DNA of 64,000 nucleotides, from NCBI GenBank assembly GCA_965223325.1, contig CBDCWI010000002.1, positions 3,584,001 to 3,648,000 of the forward strand, in the 5' to 3' direction. Position numbers and translations under genes: made by a program. Under the pieces are notes generated by a model that had not been told where the DNA came from, made no database searches, and saw only the letters and a program-made list of their open reading frames with translations. Numbering within the stretch: position 1 is the stretch's first letter; every line of letters starts with the position of its first letter. This DNA comes from Candidatus Multivoradales bacterium (GTDB lineage Bacteria; Acidobacteriota; Thermoanaerobaculia; Multivoradales; Multivoraceae). Shown in pieces: positions 1 through 7,579 of the stretch.

Positions 1-1065
1 GCTGACTTCGGTGCCCAGCGGTGCGCCACCCGAGATCGCCAGGCGTAGGCGACCACCGAAGCGCTCGCGGATGGTCTGGAAGACGAGGCGGTCGGCGAGC
101 GCTCTCTGTAGGGCGAGCCAGGGCGAGACGAAGCGGTCGAGGCGGGCGTTGGCATAGCGCTGGCCGGTGCGCAGCGCCCAGCGGAAGATCTTCTGCTTGC
201 GCGGCTCTTCCTTGGCGACTTGTTGGGTGACCTTCAGGTAAGCGCGCTCGTAGACCCGCGGGACCGAACACAGAACGGTTGGGCGCACCTTCGGGAGGAG
301 CTGCGGAACCCTCTCGACAGACGGTGAGTAGTGGATACGCACGCCCTGGTGAAAGAAGACGTGGTCGATCGTGCGCTCGAAGACGTGGGAGAGCGGCAGG
401 AACGAGAGCGCCTGATCTTCTGGGCCGAGTTCGAAAGCTTCGGTGCCGGCGAGCATGTTGGAGACGAAGTTGCGATGCGTCAGCATGACGCCCTTGGGGT
501 CGCCGGTGGTGCCGCTGGTATAGATCACGCTGGCGACGTCATCGGGCTCGACGCGGCCGGAGAGTTCCTCGAGGCGACTCGAGGTGGTCGCCGCGGCGCC
601 TTCTCCCTGCAGAAGCACCAGCGCCAGGCCTCCCTCGGTCTTGTCCGCGGTGTCGAGCGCTACGAGCTGAGGGGGGGTGGCCAGAGAACTCTCGAGCGCG
701 GTGAGCACCTGGGCGCGTTTCTCGCCAGAGAAGAAGACCCAGGAGGAGCCGCTGTTGCGCAGGATGAAGCCCACTGCCTCCTGATTGAGGCTGGGGTAGA
801 TCGGTACCGTCACCAGTCCCAGGAGCTGGCAGGCGAAGTCGACCAGGTGCCACTCGGGCCGATTCTCGGACCAGATCGCGACCCGCGCGCCCTTCTTGAG
901 GCCCCGTGCCTCGAGCGCCAGGGCGAGGGCGTGAATCCCGGACAGAAAGTCGGCCGTCGAGATCGTTTCTTTCTGCGAACCGCGATTGATCGACAGCAGG
1001 TCGGGCCTACCCGCCGACTGTTTGCGGATCCTCAAGACGAGGTCGGAGAGCGTTCTGACAGCCAA
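1..1065 (-). CDS. fadD: Long-chain fatty acid--CoA ligase (AMP-dependent synthetase), 3' end outside window
   Basis: Not in the ORF track because it runs off the window. Manual minus-strand translation from TTG at 1065 gives MAVRTLSDL...RVAIWSENRPEWHLVDFACQLLGLVTVPIYPSL and the AMP-binding signature IYTSGTTGDPKGVML; purine-rich GAGGGAAGG upstream. Confidence 0.88.
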   Translation of the reverse strand, partial: MAVRTLSDLVLRIRKQSAGRPDLLSINRGSQKETISTADFLSGIHALALALEARGLKKGARVAIWSENRPEWHLVDFACQLLGLVTVPIYPSLNQEAVGFILRNSGSSWVFFSGEKRAQVLTALESSLATPPQLVALDTADKTEGGLALVLLQGEGAAATTSSRLEELSGRVEPDDVASVIYTSGTTGDPKGVMLTHRNFVSNMLAGTEAFELGPEDQALSFLPLSHVFERTIDHVFFHQGVRIHYSPSVERVPQLLPKVRPTVLCSVPRVYERAYLKVTQQVAKEEPRKQKIFRWALRTGQRYANARLDRFVSPWLALQRALADRLVFQTIRERFGGRLRLAISGGAPLGTEVS

Positions 1066-1195
1066 TGGCCCTTCCCTCAGAGGGCGCCGATGCGCGGGGT
1101 TGTTGGTACTACGAACCCGCTTCACCCTTCTCCGTTTTGGCAGCGTCTAGCCGGAAGTGTCGCCACAGAACTTCGAATAGAGCGTGGCGCGTCCT

Positions 1196-1720
1196 TCAGC
1201 CCGTGCCACCCGGGCGTTGGTCGGCGATCGAGCGTGGTGGCGTCATTGTTCTCAGTTCGCCACCGGCATCGGCTTCATCGGAGTCGGCTTCGAGGATTCG
1301 TTCGAAGAAGTCTACCGTCTGCCGAAACTGGTGGTACAACTCGCGCCGCGCCATCTTGAGTTCGCCTACCCGTGCTTCAACGCGGGCGGCCTCCTCCATT
1401 GCGCGATAGACGATCTGGTTGGCTTGCTGCTTGGCTTCACTGATCAACAGCTCGCCTTCCTGCTCGGCGTTCGAGCGAATCTGGTCCGAGACCTTTTGCA
1501 CCTGAAGAAGTGTTTCCTGAAGCTGCGACTCACGGCCCTGAGAGTCCTGCAGGCGCTGCCGGTAGTAGCGGTTTTCGCGCTCGAGCTTCTCGGTTTCCGC
1601 CAGGCGCTCGGCTAGTTCGTCGGCGAGACCGGCGAGCAGGGTGTCGACCTCGGTGATGTCGTAGCCGCGCATGGCCCGGTTGAAAGTCAGCTTTTGCAGG
1701 TCGATTGGCGAGATGGCCAT
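1196..1720 (-). CDS. DivIVA domain-containing protein
   Basis: N-terminus MAISPIDLQKLTFNRAMRGYDITEVD matches the DivIVA FxxxxRGYxxxEVD signature, followed by coiled coil; start trimmed to ATG 1720. Confidence 0.88.
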   Translation of the reverse strand: MAISPIDLQKLTFNRAMRGYDITEVDTLLAGLADELAERLAETEKLERENRYYRQRLQDSQGRESQLQETLLQVQKVSDQIRSNAEQEGELLISEAKQQANQIVYRAMEEAARVEARVGELKMARRELYHQFRQTVDFFERILEADSDEADAGGELRTMTPPRSIADQRPGGTG

Positions 1721-1940
1721 AGGTGGGATCTCCGAAGACGGGAGCGGGAAACGACCGTCGGCCATTGGCCTGTGGCTCGTGGATTCCACGAGGGCTCAGC
1801 CGACTGGTAAAGGGTAGGAGGGCAAAGGAGGGGTGGGCGCGGGATCCGAGGGCCGCGCTCCGAGACGAGCGAGTATAGCAGCGCTACCTCGGATTCCCTG
1901 CACTTCTAGCGGACGGTTTCGGCGCGCCGTGGCGAGCCGC

Positions 1941-2624
1941 TCAGTCTCGAGGGCCGAAGAGTTCGGTGCCAACCCTTATGTGCGTCGCGCCTTCTTCGAT
2001 CGCGATTTCGAAGTCGGCGCTCATTCCCATCGACAACAGCGGGAGGTTTGGAGCGACGTCGTCGCGCAGCTCTCGCATGGCTCGGAACCAAGCCCGTGCT
2101 TCGCCGGGGTCGCGTTCCCAGGGCGGAATCGCCATCAGGCCGACCGGACGGAGCCGTGGGTAGCTCCGTACCTCGACCAGCGCCTGCTCGAGTTGGCCGG
2201 CTTCGAAGCCATGTTTGCTTTCTTCGTTGCCAATGTTGATCTCGAGGAAGACGTCGAGTGGGCCGGGTTTCTCGATCGCGCGGGCGCGTCCGGCCGCCAG
2301 GCGCCGCATGATCTTCTTGCGGTCGATGGAGTGCACGACGTCGAAGATGGCGGCCGCCCGGGCTGCCTTGTTCGACTGGAGGGGTCCGATCAGGTGCCAG
2401 GTGGTGTCGTCGGGCAGAAGAGGGCGCCTCTCTTCCCCTTCCTGAACCTGGTTCTCGCCGAAATGACGCAGACCAGCCTGGTAGGCCTCTCGCAGTCGCT
2501 CGATCGGCTGGCGTTTGCTCGCACCGACCAGCGTGACTTCTGCGGGGTCGCGCCCGGAACGCTGGCAGGCGGTCCGGATACGGTCGTGGATGTGGTGAAA
2601 CCGGTCTGCGATGCTTCGTTGCAC
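1941..2624 (-). CDS. yggS: YggS family pyridoxal phosphate homeostasis protein
   Basis: Motifs VTLVGASK, FGENQVQE, WHLIGPLQSNK, GLMAIPP, LSMGMSADFEIAIEEGATHIRVGTELFG. Start placed at GTG 2624 (uncertain) to avoid overlap with the upstream gene. Confidence 0.93.
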   Translation of the reverse strand: MQRSIADRFHHIHDRIRTACQRSGRDPAEVTLVGASKRQPIERLREAYQAGLRHFGENQVQEGEERRPLLPDDTTWHLIGPLQSNKAARAAAIFDVVHSIDRKKIMRRLAAGRARAIEKPGPLDVFLEINIGNEESKHGFEAGQLEQALVEVRSYPRLRPVGLMAIPPWERDPGEARAWFRAMRELRDDVAPNLPLLSMGMSADFEIAIEEGATHIRVGTELFGPRD

Positions 2625-2670
2625 CTTAGGGTGCCTCGCGGTGGTTCGCCCTAAGCCGCTACGGTGCGGC

Positions 2671-3414
2671 TCAGGTAGCGGGTTCTTCGACGTAGAAGAT
2701 GCGCTGGCGGCCACACTCGCAGGTGATCACGTCGCCGGTGTTGCGCAGCTCGACGACGATCTGTGGGCGAACCTGGTAGTTGCAGACCGCACAGCCGTAG
2801 ACCTTGGGGCCTTTCGGCTTCTCGATCGCCAGGATGGGAGCCATGGGATCTCCGTCGTGGCGCTCCCAGAGACGCTCGTAGCGCTTGAGTGCCGGCTTGG
2901 CGATCTTCTCTTTGAGGACCTCGACCTCGCCTTCGAGGTTGTCGGCCTCTTTGGCGAGTTCGGGGCGCTGTGCCTCCCAGGCAGCAACTCCCTCCTTGTG
3001 GGCGTTCTCGGTTTCCTGGAAAGCGGCCACCAGGGCTTCACGCTCTGTTTTGGCCGTGTCGAGGCGCTCGAGAGCGGCAATGCCCGCCTCTTCGAGCTCG
3101 CGTTTGCTTTCGCGCGCGGCGTCGATTTCTCGCAGCAGTGCGCCGTACTCCTTCTGGGTCGAGACCGAACCGATCTGATCCTGGTAGTGATCGATCCGAG
3201 TCTGCAGCTGATCGGCTTCGCCCTCGCTCGTTCGCTGCACCGACTCGGCTTCGGTGATGACCGTATCGAGCGCCTCGATAGCAAGCCTCTGCTCTTCGAA
3301 CTGAGCATGCAACTCCTGCATTTCGTCCGGGAGGTTTTCCATGCTGTGCTTGACGTCACGCAGGCGGAGCAGCAACTTGTTGAGTTCGACGAGATGTTCG
3401 ATTGTGGACGGCAT
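2671..3414 (-). CDS. C4-type zinc ribbon domain protein (DUF164/CT398-like coiled coil)
   Basis: Long coiled coil followed by CAVC...CECG zinc ribbon; start trimmed to ATG 3414 because the longer ORF overlaps the tRNA. Confidence 0.85.
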   Translation of the reverse strand: MPSTIEHLVELNKLLLRLRDVKHSMENLPDEMQELHAQFEEQRLAIEALDTVITEAESVQRTSEGEADQLQTRIDHYQDQIGSVSTQKEYGALLREIDAARESKRELEEAGIAALERLDTAKTEREALVAAFQETENAHKEGVAAWEAQRPELAKEADNLEGEVEVLKEKIAKPALKRYERLWERHDGDPMAPILAIEKPKGPKVYGCAVCNYQVRPQIVVELRNTGDVITCECGRQRIFYVEEPAT

Positions 3415-3527
3415 TGAGTGGGCGAGCGCCCCTTCCAGGGTTGTGCGAGGTGCCAGAGCGACGGGTTCCTGGAACCAATGGCGACCGCGGCCCTGGGGCC
3501 ACCGCGATCCGTTCAGCACCGGTGGCA

Positions 3528-3600
3528 TGGGTCCACCTGGATTTGAACCAGGGACCAACCGGTTATGAGCCGGATGCTCTAACCACTGAGCTATGGACCC
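3528..3600 (-). tRNA. tRNA with CAT anticodon, most likely tRNA-Ile2 (lysidine-modified)
   Basis: Minus strand GGGTCCATAGCTCAGTGGTTAGAGCATCCGGCT-CAT-AACCGGTTGGTCCCTGGTTCAAATCCAGGTGGACCCA folds as a cloverleaf; CCA not encoded. Ile2 versus elongator Met is inferred from the body sequence. Confidence 0.9.
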
Positions 3601-3687
3601 GTCAAACTGTTCGGTGCCCGAGAGTAACGCAAAGCCGGCCACCGAGGAAGCTGCCGGCGGTGCCGAGACCCCGAGAGAACCGAGGGG

Positions 3688-5787
3688 TCAGAGCCCGAGG
3701 ATTCGCTCGTCGCCGCCAGCCAGGGTACGCACCAGCTCTTCGCGGAAGTAGTCGGTTCCCTCGAGGACGCGCGGGTCGATGCGCTCTTCGTAGGTTTCGC
3801 GCGAACGGTCGATGTATTCCCGCAACTGCGCGTAGATGTTTCCGGCCCGTCGTGCCGTGTCGACCTGCTCCTGATTGTAGAGCTTGATCTCGCTCACGAG
3901 CAGTCGAGCAAGGCGCCGCGCTTCGTCGTGCATTGCTTCGCCGGCGGCGGCGTCGGTTCGAAATGCGCTACCTGGCCCGACGACGTCGGGCGGAGGTTCC
4001 ACCTGGTTGCCCTCCGCCGCCTGAGCTGGTTCTGGGGGTGGTGGCGGTGGTGAGGCAAGAGCCGAGGCGGCCTCGGTGTCGTCGGCGGTGATCACCCGGG
4101 TTGCGAGAGCGTCAGGCGGTGGCGGTGCCGGTTCTGCAATTGCTGGGGAGGCGGCAGGGGGCTCGACGGGCGTATTCGCCATGATGTCGATCGGTGGTGG
4201 CGGGGGCTCGACCTCGCCGCTGGGGATGACGGTGGTCGCCGCGGACTCGACCAGGGCCGCCGCTTCCCCGGGCTGCATGCGCACGGTTTCGCGCGGGTCC
4301 CGTGCCAGAGGTTCGACCGTAAACCCGGCCTGGCGTTCACCCGCAGTGAGCTCTGGCCCGTCGACGTCGGCTTCGGGCTCCAGGTTGCCAGGCCCTGCCT
4401 CTTCGGCCACCGCGAGGGGGGCGGTCGGAATCTGGGGGTTGAGCGGATCGAGGCTCGCAGCGTGGCCCGGGTCCAGCACGTCGACGATGCCGGTCTCCAG
4501 TTCATCAGGATCGACCTCACCGGGTTCCGGCGCCATCTCGAGAGGTGGCTCGGGCTCCGACGGTTCTGTCAGCTCGATGGCCTCTCCAGCGTCCAGAGGT
4601 TCCATCGCCTCGGGCTCGTCCTCGGCTAGCTCGATCGGCTGGTCGGCCTCTGGCTCGGACCAGGTCGTCTCGGATTCGTCCTGGTCCTGGTCAACCGCGT
4701 CGGCCGCGCCATCTAGGACTTCGGCTGCTGCGCTTTCCTCGCTTGCCTCGTCGGCAGGTGGTAGCTCGAACGCTGCTTCGGCGGTGGACTCTTCTTCATC
4801 GCGTTCTTCGTCGTGCGGTCGACGGAAAGCGAGCGCCGCGCCTCCGGCTGCGGCTGTAGAACCCAGAGCCAGGGCACCGCTTGCCCCGTCTGAGTCGTCG
4901 TGGGCATCCTGTTCGAGATCTACTTCTTCGATCTCGGGTTCCGGGACGGGTTCGGGTTCGCGGCGCATCAGGCCAGGGGACACGCGAAGACTCGGCGACC
5001 GCTTCTGGTCCAACTGATCGAGGGCGCGGGCGGTGGCCCAGCAAAGGATCTGCAGTGCTTCGAGAGAGAAGTCGGGTGCGTCGGCAAGACGGTCGGCATA
5101 GAGAACCGCGGGCACGTCCGAGCCGAGAGCGATCGGCACCAGGGCTCCCTCCACCGGCAAGTCGGCGTCGACTACGTCACAGAGTTCGGCGCACTGTCGG
5201 CCGTCGAGTACGTGCGCGGCGGCCGCACACGCCGCCCAGGCCGGGTCGTCTGGCAGGTCGATCTCGAGGCCCTCGAGGGCCGAGCCAGCGCCCTGGAAGC
5301 CGAGGCTGGCCCAGGAGCGGAAGCCGTCGTCGCGGCGCAAGAGGAGAACCGCGCGGGAAGCAAAGCCAGTCGATTGCTCGACGAGCCTGGCGAGCAACTC
5401 AGCTTGGCTGTCCGCTTCGTCGAGTTCGGCGATCGCGGCTCGCAGCTCTTCGAGACTCTCGCTGGCCTGGCCCAGAGAGCTGTGCTCCTCCGAGGTGCGC
5501 ATGGCGCCGCTAGCAGCGGCCGTCGCTGCCGCAGCGGTTGCCGCAGCTGCCGCAGCGGCGACGGCAGCTTCGGTCTTGCCTTGCTCTTCTGTGCGCGCCG
5601 CCTCAGCCGCCTCTTCTGACGCCTCGCGAACGGTGTCTTCGATCATCCCCTCGACGCGTTCGGGGATCGAAGAAAGAAGGGTCTCGAACTCCGAGCGGCT
5701 GCGCTCATAGCGCTCTTCCATCTCTTGGCGCATGGTCTCGATCAGACGCGCGACGCGTTCGTTCAGGGGCTGGTCAGAAGTCGGCAT
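3688..5787 (-). CDS. Hypothetical protein: N-terminal coiled coil, GAF-like domain, long acidic/Pro-rich linker, conserved helical C-terminal domain
   Basis: ORF from MPTSDQ; GAF-like segment (ASRAVLLLRR...GALVPIALGSDVPAVLYAD); E/D/P/A-rich low-complexity middle; C-terminus HDEARRLARLLVSEIKLYN...YFREELVRTLAGGD. Confidence 0.75.
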   Translation of the reverse strand: MPTSDQPLNERVARLIETMRQEMEERYERSRSEFETLLSSIPERVEGMIEDTVREASEEAAEAARTEEQGKTEAAVAAAAAAATAAAATAAASGAMRTSEEHSSLGQASESLEELRAAIAELDEADSQAELLARLVEQSTGFASRAVLLLRRDDGFRSWASLGFQGAGSALEGLEIDLPDDPAWAACAAAAHVLDGRQCAELCDVVDADLPVEGALVPIALGSDVPAVLYADRLADAPDFSLEALQILCWATARALDQLDQKRSPSLRVSPGLMRREPEPVPEPEIEEVDLEQDAHDDSDGASGALALGSTAAAGGAALAFRRPHDEERDEEESTAEAAFELPPADEASEESAAAEVLDGAADAVDQDQDESETTWSEPEADQPIELAEDEPEAMEPLDAGEAIELTEPSEPEPPLEMAPEPGEVDPDELETGIVDVLDPGHAASLDPLNPQIPTAPLAVAEEAGPGNLEPEADVDGPELTAGERQAGFTVEPLARDPRETVRMQPGEAAALVESAATTVIPSGEVEPPPPPIDIMANTPVEPPAASPAIAEPAPPPPDALATRVITADDTEAASALASPPPPPPEPAQAAEGNQVEPPPDVVGPGSAFRTDAAAGEAMHDEARRLARLLVSEIKLYNQEQVDTARRAGNIYAQLREYIDRSRETYEERIDPRVLEGTDYFREELVRTLAGGDERILGL

Positions 5788-5901
5788 GTGAGCCCTCCGA
5801 CGGGTGTCGTAGAAGAGATGTTCGGGCGTAGAGGGGTAGTGGGGAGCGAGGGGCCAGCCGAGAAGGGGCTGGCCTTGGCAGCGAATGCCAGAAGAACGAG
5901 T

Positions 5902-5931
5902 ATTCTCGAAAAATCGATGCCCTGCTGTCAA
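5902..5931 (-). promoter_or_regulatory. Putative sigma70 promoter for the 3688-5787 gene
   Basis: Minus strand TTGACA (5931-5926), 18 nt spacer, GAGAAT (5907-5902). Confidence 0.4.
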
Positions 5932-6154
5932 GCCGTTGAGCGAGCAAAAGATAGCCAGTCAGCAGGTCGTGCCGCGCCCCCCTGAGGGAGCCGGAAGAGC
6001 CCGTTCTTCGCTGGCTGATCGCCGGATCGAGGTGGCGCGTCGCCTGCGCTATAGTTCCGACCTCATTACCGAGTGCGAGCAACATATCCCGGAGCCTCTG
6101 CCGGCTCTCCTCCATCCGTTTCGAGCGGTTTGGGTTCCGGAGGAGGATCTTCCT

Positions 6155-6958
6155 ATGCGTCTTACCCGTTGGGCACTTCCGGGTACACGGTCTCTGGCTT
6201 CGGCCAGAGCCACCCTCATCGGCCTGGCCGTGGCCAGTCTCCTGGTCGCAGCCTGCGGCCCCAGCGAAGAGGAGGTGGCAGCTCAGGCACGGGCCGACAA
6301 GTGGCAGCAGCTGCAGGACATGGAGGGCGCTCTCGAGGCCAAGCGCCAGGAGCTGGCGGCGGTGCGCGAGCAGATCTCCGCTGCGGCTGAGGCGGCCGAC
6401 GAGGCCGTCGACGCCACCGCGCTCGAAGAACAAGCAACTGGTCTGGCCGCCGAGATCCAGGACGCCTCCGACGCCCTGATGCCCGAGCTGGTCAATTTCA
6501 TCAACGACAGCAACGCGGCCGTCGGCGAGGTCCCCCAGGAGCTGCAGGCGGCCCTCCGCATGAAGTCCGACCTCGACATCGACTTCGCAGAGCAGTACGT
6601 CAGCGAGGGCGGAGACTACCGCCGCGCGGTCGAAATCCTCGAGAACGCCCAGCAGTACGATCCGGACTACGGCAAGCTAGACGAGCTGATCGCCTACTAC
6701 CAGGATTGGCGCTACGTCCGCGAGCCGCGTTTTGCCGAGATCAAGAATGGCATGACACAGCCCGAAGTCGAAGAGATACTCGGCAAGGTCCACCATCGCA
6801 ACCAGCGCGAGTATGAGGATCAGGGTGTAGTTGCGTGGTTCTACCCCAAAGATCCGGCAGAGGCCGGTGAGGGCGCGCCGGCTTCGGCGATCTACTTCAA
6901 CCAGAAGCGAGGCGTCTGGAAGGTCTACAAGAAGGACTGGGAAGTCAAGACGCAATAG
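6155..6958 (+). CDS. Lipoprotein with coiled coil/TPR-like helices and C-terminal SmpA/BamE-like domain
   Basis: GGAGGA SD before ATG 6155; lipobox LVAAC; C-terminal FAEIKNGMTQPEVEEILG...WFY resembles SmpA_OmlA. Confidence 0.7.
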   Translation: MRLTRWALPGTRSLASARATLIGLAVASLLVAACGPSEEEVAAQARADKWQQLQDMEGALEAKRQELAAVREQISAAAEAADEAVDATALEEQATGLAAEIQDASDALMPELVNFINDSNAAVGEVPQELQAALRMKSDLDIDFAEQYVSEGGDYRRAVEILENAQQYDPDYGKLDELIAYYQDWRYVREPRFAEIKNGMTQPEVEEILGKVHHRNQREYEDQGVVAWFYPKDPAEAGEGAPASAIYFNQKRGVWKVYKKDWEVKTQ

Positions 6959-7253
6959 TTCAGGAAGGCAGTTCTGGGAGTCGGTTCTCCACCAGGAGAC
7001 CCCCCGGGTCGAGCGTCTGCCTCGCATCGTCTGGGGCGGGCTGGGCCGCTGGGAGAGGGTCTCCACGTCCGTTGCGATATAGTCGTTGGCTCGTGCGCCG
7101 ACCCGGAGCGAGAGATACGGGTCCCGCGGCGCGTAGAGCGGACAGCACCGTGGCTGTTCAGAAGCCGGGACGGCAGATGCTCGCTCCCCGGCTAACCCCC
7201 CTTAACCGGTAGATCGCTCAAAGTGACGCTCAAAGTGAGGTGATTAGACACCG

Positions 7254-7463
7254 ATGCCCGCAGTCAACGTCCGCGACGACGAAAACTTCGAAGCCGCTCT
7301 CCGGCGCTTCAAGCGCAAGTGTGAGAAGGAGGGAATCCTCACGGAACTCCGCAAACGGCAGCACTTCGAGAAGCCCTCTGTGAAGCGCAAGCGTAAGCAG
7401 GTCCAGGCCGAGAAGAAGATGCTTCGCAAGCTCGCGGAAGACCGCCGACAGGGCCTCGCCTGA
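7254..7463 (+). CDS. rpsU: 30S ribosomal protein S21
   Basis: ENFEAALRRFKRKCEKEGILTELRKRQHFEKPSVKRKRK is typical bS21; SD GAGGTGA. Confidence 0.97.
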   Translation: MPAVNVRDDENFEAALRRFKRKCEKEGILTELRKRQHFEKPSVKRKRKQVQAEKKMLRKLAEDRRQGLA

Positions 7464-7493
7464 CCAGGCGACGCCCAGGCGCTCAATGAGAAC

Positions 7494-7523
7494 GGGAGTG
7501 GTTTCGGCCACTCCCTTCTTTTT
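7494..7523 (+). terminator. Intrinsic terminator after rpsU
   Basis: Stem GGGAGTGG/CCACTCCC around a TTCG loop, followed by TTCTTTTT. Confidence 0.8.
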
Positions 7524-7579
7524 GGGTATCGCGCCCCGTTCTCGTCCGCTCCGTCAAAGCCCTTTTTCGAGGTTCGATC

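Noticed and set aside
331-1359. 342-aa plus-strand ORF
   Set aside because: It is the antisense shadow of fadD, whose signature motifs are on the minus strand.
3415-3642. N-terminal extension of the zinc-ribbon ORF
   Set aside because: It reads through the tRNA gene; the real start is likely 3414.
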